From the NCBI GenBank assembly GCA_963803855.1, contig CAWDNX010000003.1, positions 23,966 to 87,965 of the forward strand: a stretch of DNA of 64,000 bases, in the 5' to 3' direction. The translations under genes were made by a program, and so were the position numbers. This DNA comes from Methanotrichaceae archaeon (GTDB lineage: Archaea > Halobacteriota > Methanosarcinia > Methanotrichales > Methanotrichaceae). The notes under the pieces are model-generated. The model was not told the DNA's origin, made no database searches, and worked only from the letters and a program-made list of their open reading frames with translations. This document shows, piece after piece, positions 20,203 through 27,212 of this stretch (position 1 is its first letter; each line of letters opens with the position of its first letter).

Positions 20203-20483
20203 TAAATCCTCTTCCTGCATTCCAGGTCCCATTCCGAGGGATCGGGCTCGTAGACTGTGATTACTATTATCTCCTCGTCGAGGCAATTGTTGGCTGCTAC
20301 TACATGAATCAGGCGACCCTTATAACTTCCCAGGATCAGGCAACTTGGGTAGGGTGTGTCATCTGGATATTCTTCAATCACCTCTCCGGTCTCCAGCACA
20401 TATCGAACTTCTTCTGCGATGACTTTCCGCTCGAACATCCGCTGGACAGCGTGAAGACGATAGGTGATTTTTTCGTTACTCAT
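20202..20483 (-). CDS. DUF4258 (RelE/MqsR-like) toxin
   Basis: HAVQRMFER, GEVIEEYPDD.PYPSCLILG, HVV, ITVYEP. Confidence 0.88.
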   Translation of the reverse strand: MSNEKITYRLHAVQRMFERKVIAEEVRYVLETGEVIEEYPDDTPYPSCLILGSYKGRLIHVVAANNCLDEEIIVITVYEPDPSEWDLECRKRI

Positions 20484-20569
20484 AGCCAGGCCATCATTAA
20501 TTTTAGCTGTCGTCTCATCCCATAAACTTTCCTGTCTAGAAATCACTTGACTGCTGCTCCTCGTAACTC

Positions 20570-21125
20570 GCCGCTCGTGGGCCCAGCCAGGGCGGCGATG
20601 TTGTCAGGACGGACTGGCTTGCCTGGTAAGCGCTCGTGCCCGGAGGCATGGGGCTGGTCGGGCCAAGATCACGGGTTCACGCGAAGGCGCATAGGCGCGA
20701 AGTTCCGATGAGAAAGGATAATTTTTGCCTGAGCCCTCGGGCCGCGTCGGTGGAGCCGTTTCTAGGCAAAGGCCATCCGGGGCCACAGCCGCCGTCCGCC
20801 AGGCGGGCCCGCATGCACGCAGGTGCTCGCACTCGGGATCGTGAGGCCGGTCGGGCCTGAGGGCCAGGAGAGCCTGCCTCCGACAAGAGCAGTTCTCCTG
20901 GCGCGGGATTTTTGGAAACAGTGGCCGTTTGTTAATAATATTAGCTGATAATTATAACCAGACAACTAACGATCCCACCACAGAGACACAGAGCGCACGG
21001 AGGACGCACAGAGACTTTTTAGCAGAGAGATCCGATGCAGTCCTCCGGCTTTACGATCCTTGCTGGCTACCGGCAGCAGCTCCGAGCAGCCACAGGGGCC
21101 GTGGTTGCTGCCAGCGATAGGGTCC
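20570..21125 (+). repeat. Variant unit (CGCGAAG triple at 20678) plus a full unit (core at 20932-20960)
   Basis: 20912-21060 matches 17121-17215 and 14834-14930. Confidence 0.85.
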
Positions 21126-21182
21126 AAGGCTCTTGCTCCTGGTCGCTGCCTGTTGGCCGAGCGGTCTGAGCTCAAGCAGACA

Positions 21183-23276
21183 TCAGCCAGGCTTGACCCG
21201 TGCGCACGATCTGGCCCAATATTCGAGATTTGTTTGTGATTTTGGCGTTTCGTGATTCGGAGCCAGAACCTTAAATCCAATATTCTTGAGACGATCTAGT
21301 TGAGCTTCTTCCTTCTCAGACGGATTAGGGATAGCCCATATAATCAGCCTCCTGGGACGGGAACTTGCGACATACGCTAGTCGAGCTGCTTCGGAAGCGG
21401 GATCATCAAGCCACTGTGTCCAATAACCGTCATTTGTTCCGCTCTTATTACGAGATGAGACTAGCATCAGTGCTTCCAATGTTTCCCCTTTTACGTTGTG
21501 AATTGTCGTTATCCGCAAAGGTGTTTGAGCAGAGGAATAAGATAACAAACCACTCAAAACTTGATCTTTGCTTTTACCCTTTGGAGCGGGAAAGTCACTC
21601 GCAACCAACTGATGAAAAACACAATCTGACAAAGATGCTCCGAAAGTGTTGGCGCTAGTGCTTAGGTATTGATGTAATCTGTTCCTAGTGATTTTTGTCC
21701 AATTGGTCCAAGTTTGCTCTAAGTCCGAGAGTATCTCATCTTGGCAACATTCGCTCAAGACTGCAGCCAAAAACAGGCGCCATATCATGGCAGAATTCAC
21801 AGACTCAGGCCGATAGTAACTCCGAGAATTGGTCGATTCCCTAAGGAAGAATTTTTCAGAGACAAAGCGTCCAAATAATTTGAGCGCTTCCCTTGTCGCT
21901 TGTCGACACCCCGTCTTCCAAAGGTGGATGGCCATTGCCAGTCTTTCTTGATAATTCTCGATTTGCCCGCGGTCTGCAGGTCTCATCCTGGAAACGTTTG
22001 CCCGACTCCTGGTTACGACAGTAGAACATTTTTTGTCGATTCCTAATTGTTCCAGATAGTCACAAAACCAATCCGGCGATTTCATCAAATTTTTTTTCTC
22101 GAAAGATATGCAGACACATGGGCTCTCTAGTTGTTTGCTTTCGTGTATAGACTTGACGTTGTCTTTTTTGCCAACTAGAGCGTCACACAGGTCGGCAATC
22201 GGTTGACAGTTCCGATAGTTGTTCGACAGGGATTGGGTGCCGAATTTCCGTTCCTGCGTGTATTCCTCCACTTTTTCGGGTGCGACTTTTTTGAATTCAT
22301 AGATGGCCTGATTGAGATCACCAACGAAGTGTAGTGCAGTTCCATGCGATCGCATTTTGTCCAGTATCTGCATCTGTATCCAAGAAAGGTCCTGGCACTC
22401 GTCCACAATGATAAGAGGAAAACGAAGAGAAAGGAATCTTGCAAGCCCGGGTCTCTTTGACAGGAGTTTGTGGCAAATACACTCAATATCTTGATAAGTG
22501 GCAAAACCATTACTCAGGAATGCATTCTTCTTTTCTGAAAAGCCTTTGCGCATGTAATCCAATGTGAGCCATTCTTTATCTCGCCGAAATTGAGCAAATG
22601 CAGGATAATCATAATAGTCACTATCTGGTAATGGTGCGCTTCGTGGACCAGGAATAATAATATCCCATCTCTGTTCTTCAGGATCCCATTGGATATTATT
22701 CACGTATAGTGGCATTGATGCGCCATTACCATGCAAAAATGATGTATCCAGCTTGTATGCATTTAGCCAGCCATCTATTGAAGTTGTGTCAACGAGTCGA
22801 ATAGAGCGATCTTGATCCTTCCCATCGTAACCTGTTATAATGTGGGCAAAAGGATGTGCGATATATCCATGCAACCAACGATCAATGGTTCCAATGAAAT
22901 GTGGAAATCCAATCTTCGCAACTTCACCGAATTGACTTACGCGTTTCTCGATGACCTCGGCTGCATTATTGGTGAACGTCAGAACGGCGATGCCTCCTGG
23001 TGTCTTAGCCCACTTCGACATTTCGTAAGCAGCCTTCATCCCGATAACTTCTGTTTTGCCGCTGCCAGGACACGCTTTGAGAAAAACGCAATCCTCTATT
23101 GATGACAGTACATAGTCCAGTTGCTCGTTTGAGTTCCGCGCAATTCGGCAGGTTTCACACTCGTTGCACAATGGATTGGTCGCCCCATTAGTGGCACGGC
23201 ATTCCGATGGCGATATCGCAGGTGATTTGCCACAGATAGAATGAGCAAGAACTTCTATTTTTTCATCACGATTCAT
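21183..23276 (-). CDS. gajB: UvrD-like helicase, GajB-like
   Basis: ACPGSGKT, TFTNNAA, DECQD, VGDLNQAIYEF, TIHNVKGET, YVASSR; likely start MNRDEK overlaps the gajA stop. Confidence 0.8.
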   Translation of the reverse strand: MNRDEKIEVLAHSICGKSPAISPSECRATNGATNPLCNECETCRIARNSNEQLDYVLSSIEDCVFLKACPGSGKTEVIGMKAAYEMSKWAKTPGGIAVLTFTNNAAEVIEKRVSQFGEVAKIGFPHFIGTIDRWLHGYIAHPFAHIITGYDGKDQDRSIRLVDTTSIDGWLNAYKLDTSFLHGNGASMPLYVNNIQWDPEEQRWDIIIPGPRSAPLPDSDYYDYPAFAQFRRDKEWLTLDYMRKGFSEKKNAFLSNGFATYQDIECICHKLLSKRPGLARFLSLRFPLIIVDECQDLSWIQMQILDKMRSHGTALHFVGDLNQAIYEFKKVAPEKVEEYTQERKFGTQSLSNNYRNCQPIADLCDALVGKKDNVKSIHESKQLESPCVCISFEKKNLMKSPDWFCDYLEQLGIDKKCSTVVTRSRANVSRMRPADRGQIENYQERLAMAIHLWKTGCRQATREALKLFGRFVSEKFFLRESTNSRSYYRPESVNSAMIWRLFLAAVLSECCQDEILSDLEQTWTNWTKITRNRLHQYLSTSANTFGASLSDCVFHQLVASDFPAPKGKSKDQVLSGLLSYSSAQTPLRITTIHNVKGETLEALMLVSSRNKSGTNDGYWTQWLDDPASEAARLAYVASSRPRRLIIWAIPNPSEKEEAQLDRLKNIGFKVLAPNHETPKSQTNLEYWARSCARVKPG

Positions 23277-25095
23277 CCGGGTTGCCCCCACAAGCCCAAA
23301 TGATTGCTTTGCATATGTACCATGGAACAACAATAATTTCTTCATGCGAAGCCAGTCGGGCAGCCAACGCTTGTGCAAACTCGCCTTTGTCAATATGTTC
23401 GAGCAAATACATTGATGCATCCGCACGATTGCCTTCCTCTGCGATGTTCCAGTCTTTCAGGTTGAATTCTTCATAGCTACTTCGGATAGGTCCATTGGTA
23501 TCCACAAGTGACAATGCCACAGGGATCAACACTTTCAAGTTGCTTCCTTCCATGGCAAGATCATATTCGAAGGTCTTAAGCGAGCCTGAATACAACCTAG
23601 ACCACTTTGATTTTTTTACGATCTCCTTAAGTTTAAGCGCAGGGTTCGTCCCAGGCACGGGATTAGATGGGGTCGGCTTTGAATCTGTTAAAGGATCGTT
23701 GTCCGTAATTCCTGCACAACGCACTGGAATGCTCTCAGAACCATTTTCGTCAAGGTCAGCAAATAGCTGCATAAAATGCTCAAAGTATATGCCATTCATA
23801 TTGATGACCGACACCCCGCAATCCTCCAAAGTTTCCGGCAGTTCATCGTATTTATCCAGCACAATCTTCGCAAGTTCAGGCAATAGCATAGCCTCCGCAA
23901 TACCCTCAACGAGAATAATCCCTTTGGCAAATAGCAAGGTAGACTTCGTGGTGTCGAGCCATCGATTCAGAAATGCCTTGCTGTGATCGTTTAGACCACA
24001 AGAACACAATGCAATAGCCTTTGGCGTCTTCTTATCCATGACACATAGCTGGATTACGGTATCTAGGGAAACTGATGAGGCGAGAACGGGAGAATGAGTT
24101 GTGACGATGACTTGGACATTTCCATTTCGGGCGGTACTTTCAAGGTACTTGAGTAAACGAATTTGGAGTTGAGGGTGCAAGTGGGCCTCAGGTTCTTCAA
24201 TCAGAAGCACACTAAAATAATCTTCTCCTGTATCAGAGAGTTCGGCGAGGACAGTGGCTAGATAGAGCAGGTTGTTATAGCCAAGACTGTTTTCCACGAG
24301 CGTCCTGAAATCTTCTGAAGAAGCAACGTTAATGTCTGGGAAAAAAAGCAGCCTAAGGCTTTCCGCGATCCTGTTGAAATTAACTTCGCTGAATTGGATA
24401 TGTGTATCCTGGCCGAAGATTGGACCAAAAGATTCGCGCAGTCGTGCCCGAATCAGCCCGTTTGCCTTGGCGATTACTCCATCCTCATCTTCTGAAAGTT
24501 TCCTATTAAAGTCGCGAACATTCTCTTCAATCGGGAGAAGCTCGCCTTTTTTCTTTGCCTCCTGAATTGCTTGACGGTGAAGGTTTTTCAGGAGTCTTGC
24601 CAACCTGGAAGACCTTCCTTCAGATAGTCTGGCTTCTGCATCGCGAAGAGGTGGAAGGTAAACGCAGTTGATCGAATCGAACAATTCCCACTCGAACATG
24701 CTTGCTTGCGAGACTCCGCCCCAAAGTGTTCGTTTGTAGTGACCTCGATGATTCTGTTTGTTATCCACAAGCAATGTCAGCGAGGCATCTCCATTCTCAT
24801 CCGACCAGGGCAAGAAAGCGACATGCTCCTTATCAGACAAGTCGGCGAATCCTGCTCGAAGACGAAAGGGTTGCGCCGATTTTAGAGAGCGATCAAAGGG
24901 ACGGTGGAAATCAGATTCGTTGACTGGTGTGTGGCCAAATTCATCCTCTCTGAGAAGAAGGCGAATAGCGTCAATGATAGCAGTTTTACCCGACGCGTTT
25001 TCTCCCACAATCACGTTCAAGCCTTTTTGTAAGGAAACGGAAAATGGTTCCCGAAACCCCTTATAGCCCTCAATATGGAGTTCACGAAGATACAT
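23266..25095 (-). CDS. gajA: OLD-family ABC-ATPase/TOPRIM nuclease, GajA-like
   Basis: GENASGKT, SLGYNN, IEEPEAHLHPQ, TTHSP, ILVEGIAE, ITDND. Confidence 0.88.
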   Translation of the reverse strand: MYLRELHIEGYKGFREPFSVSLQKGLNVIVGENASGKTAIIDAIRLLLREDEFGHTPVNESDFHRPFDRSLKSAQPFRLRAGFADLSDKEHVAFLPWSDENGDASLTLLVDNKQNHRGHYKRTLWGGVSQASMFEWELFDSINCVYLPPLRDAEARLSEGRSSRLARLLKNLHRQAIQEAKKKGELLPIEENVRDFNRKLSEDEDGVIAKANGLIRARLRESFGPIFGQDTHIQFSEVNFNRIAESLRLLFFPDINVASSEDFRTLVENSLGYNNLLYLATVLAELSDTGEDYFSVLLIEEPEAHLHPQLQIRLLKYLESTARNGNVQVIVTTHSPVLASSVSLDTVIQLCVMDKKTPKAIALCSCGLNDHSKAFLNRWLDTTKSTLLFAKGIILVEGIAEAMLLPELAKIVLDKYDELPETLEDCGVSVINMNGIYFEHFMQLFADLDENGSESIPVRCAGITDNDPLTDSKPTPSNPVPGTNPALKLKEIVKKSKWSRLYSGSLKTFEYDLAMEGSNLKVLIPVALSLVDTNGPIRSSYEEFNLKDWNIAEEGNRADASMYLLEHIDKGEFAQALAARLASHEEIIVVPWYICKAIIWACGGNPDES

Positions 25096-25199
25096 TTGGA
25101 ATCTCCTTTTATTCTATGCTCTCACCAGTTGCTCCGCTGATACAAGCGTGAGGTTAAAGAGAAAAGGATTATGCTGTCCATCTCATGGATCACTCCTGT

Positions 25200-25232
25200 G
25201 CCGTTCTCTGCGCTTCGTGCCCTTCGTGGTGA
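25200..25232 (-). repeat. Inverted copy of the triple short repeat (CACCACGAAGGGCACGAAGCGCAGAG)
   Basis: Reverse complement resembles 18553-18580 and 15197-15223. Confidence 0.6.
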
Positions 25233-25316
25233 AAGTCCGCAAATCGCAGGTTTAAAACTCGTTGTGATCTACTCTGCAAATTGCCCTTTGGCTCGGGCTC
25301 GACTGCAAGAGTTAGC

Positions 25317-25604
25317 TCATCCCCATCGAGTGTCTGCCACGCTGGGGCTTTGAATGCCATTCTCTCCCGCCGCCAGTGGCTTTGCCAGCAGCTTTCCCGC
25401 GAAGAAGTCCTTCATTATCACATCGATCTCTCTTGATATCTCCAGCGTGTATTCGACCTCGCCGCAGGCATCGCAGATAAGAGCCGGAACATCTTTGATA
25501 ACTACGATCTCATTTCCAACCCTGGCCATAAAATCATGCCTGCCTTCACGCATCTTGCCTGAGCAACGGCAGCAATCATGGGCATCCGAATTCATCTGCA
25601 CCAC
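25317..25604 (-). CDS. Orphan YgiT-type zinc-finger protein
   Basis: CCRC...IVVIKDVPALICDACGE; paralog of 56446-56727. Confidence 0.8.
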   Translation of the reverse strand: MVQMNSDAHDCCRCSGKMREGRHDFMARVGNEIVVIKDVPALICDACGEVEYTLEISREIDVIMKDFFAGKLLAKPLAAGENGIQSPSVADTRWG

Positions 25605-25639
25605 CTCATTCAGATATATGATAAAATATCGCTAAAGGA

Positions 25640-26296
25640 TCAATATGATCTCTTTAGAAACTCAATGACACCATTCAATTTTCTGTCCAAATATAAATAT
25701 AGATTATCAACATTAATACGAATAAAATGCTTTTCGGATTTAAATGGATCGTGCTCCAATCTTTTTATATTATCTATATCTAAAAAACTAAAATAATCCT
25801 CCGCAATCTCTCTATAGCTTCCATCATGTTTGATGAGTTCATGAGGTCTCCATTGTTTGAAGGCCCATGTACTTGGTGCTTCTAGTATTTGATATATTAT
25901 AAGCGAAAAAATAAAAATAGGTGCAATCAAGACAAAAAGACTAAAAGGTATCCTCTCATTTAGCAAAATAAGAGATATATAAATTAAAACAAAGGATGAT
26001 ATAAAAAATAGATATAGTAAAGCTCTAAGAAACCTGTTAAAGCGTATCCGATTCCACTGGTCGGTATATATTTTTATCCAGAACTTGGTTTCTTTATAAT
26101 TTAATTCTTTATTTGCAATTTTTATAATAAGATTATCTAATATATTTGAAGCTTGATTTATTTTTCTATCTATTAAAAATAATAAAATCGAGGCAACAAT
26201 ACCCACTAATGCAAGTACCCCACCAAATACGTAGGAAAAGAGATCTGAATAGTCCTTATCCTCGCATAATATAAATTCAATCATATAAATCAACAA
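25640..26296 (-). CDS. AT-rich hypothetical membrane protein (about 3 TM segments)
   Basis: Three hydrophobic stretches; 11 bp downstream of the dcd-like gene. Confidence 0.65.
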   Translation of the reverse strand: MLIYMIEFILCEDKDYSDLFSYVFGGVLALVGIVASILLFLIDRKINQASNILDNLIIKIANKELNYKETKFWIKIYTDQWNRIRFNRFLRALLYLFFISSFVLIYISLILLNERIPFSLFVLIAPIFIFSLIIYQILEAPSTWAFKQWRPHELIKHDGSYREIAEDYFSFLDIDNIKRLEHDPFKSEKHFIRINVDNLYLYLDRKLNGVIEFLKRSY

Positions 26297-26307
26297 AAAA
26301 GGAAGCT

Positions 26308-26772
26308 CTATCTAAGCCATGTAGCCGAATCGTACAAGCTTTCTACTTTTCCATCAGTTTTCGCAAAGGCTACATATGCTAATGTGGCATTTTTTTCAAT
26401 CTTTTTTTTCCCGCTTAAACATATTGCATGCATAATTAAATGTCCTTGCCAGCCAGGATGAATAAAACCTGGGAAAACCATGATGCCCCTTGATGCGAAG
26501 TCCTGCGATCCAAATAATACCCCTATAATATCGTGGTCACAATCGCTGTTTGGGACACGTTTGAGATCAACTTCTTCCTTAGACCAAAATGTAATATGAG
26601 CAGGATAATCAAATCCACCAATAAAGCCACCTTCATAGTACTTAGCTACATTGAAATCAGTTTGCCCCTCTTCATATTTTTTTGCGATATGCAATTTCAT
26701 AGTATTTGCTTTTAACTCGTAATCAGGTCTAAAAAATCTCAGTTCCTTTATTTGCGTGTCAGTCAAAAACAT
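26308..26772 (-). CDS. Divergent dCTP deaminase/dUTPase-fold protein
   Basis: MFLTD.QIK N-terminus; G....ASRGI..FPGFIHPGWQGHL. Confidence 0.65.
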   Translation of the reverse strand: MFLTDTQIKELRFFRPDYELKANTMKLHIAKKYEEGQTDFNVAKYYEGGFIGGFDYPAHITFWSKEEVDLKRVPNSDCDHDIIGVLFGSQDFASRGIMVFPGFIHPGWQGHLIMHAICLSGKKKIEKNATLAYVAFAKTDGKVESLYDSATWLR

Positions 26773-27002
26773 AATACAACCCTTTGATGACTTTATTATA
26801 TGGGCTTTTGGGCTTGTTATTACTTAAATTTTACTGAAAATCTCCTTGTCAGGTATTCCAAGAAACCTCATCTAATTAATGACGACCACGAAATCTCACA
26901 GCTACGAACCCAATCGAAAGTTGCAGGTATTCGAATCAAAACCAGAGAACTACTAGTGCGGATCTTCCAGAATAACGCTGTAGATCTGCATTTTTCGCTA
27001 AA

Positions 27003-27058
27003 TTCACTAGATATAAATCGCTGGCCTCCCCGGCCCCGCCTGGCGGCTCTCGCCCTTG
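27003..27058 (-). repeat. Imperfect duplicate of the leuS 3' end
   Basis: Matches 27212-27267 with about 7 mismatches in 56 bp; encodes KGESRQAGPGRPAIYI*. Confidence 0.85.
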
Positions 27059-27111
27059 TTCCGCCCCCGGCTCATTCGCCTTGCAGCAGCTTTCCCGCGC
27101 TATTTAAACCG

Positions 27112-27157
27112 CCGTCTCCGTGTTCGTTCTCTGTGCGCTTCTCTCGCCTCTGTGGTT
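27112..27157 (-). repeat. Inverted copy of the ACCACAGAG...GAACACGGAGACG repeat segment
   Basis: Reverse complement aligns with 17184-17229. Confidence 0.75.
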
Positions 27158-27212
27158 TTATTCCGTCGGCCCCAGGTACAGCACCCGAGGCCAACAGTCT
27201 TCAGCCATCTCT

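Noticed and set aside
14894-21120. Recurrent short ORFs (MFGYNYRLIVTANHH.., MPQPESS.., ..LRTKPQRHEGTK..) as a peptide family
   Set aside because: They are translations of the non-coding repeat in varying frames, with inconsistent starts and stops and no RBS
14651-21125. CRISPR array
   Set aside because: Units are ~300 bp and divergent, with no constant 25-45 bp repeat and unique spacers; no cas operon (the Cas4-like gene belongs to the helicase/DpdA operon)
23277-23426. N-terminal 50 aa of the 747-aa helicase ORF
   Set aside because: Overlaps the gajA-like coding sequence; the coupled start at 23276 is more plausible
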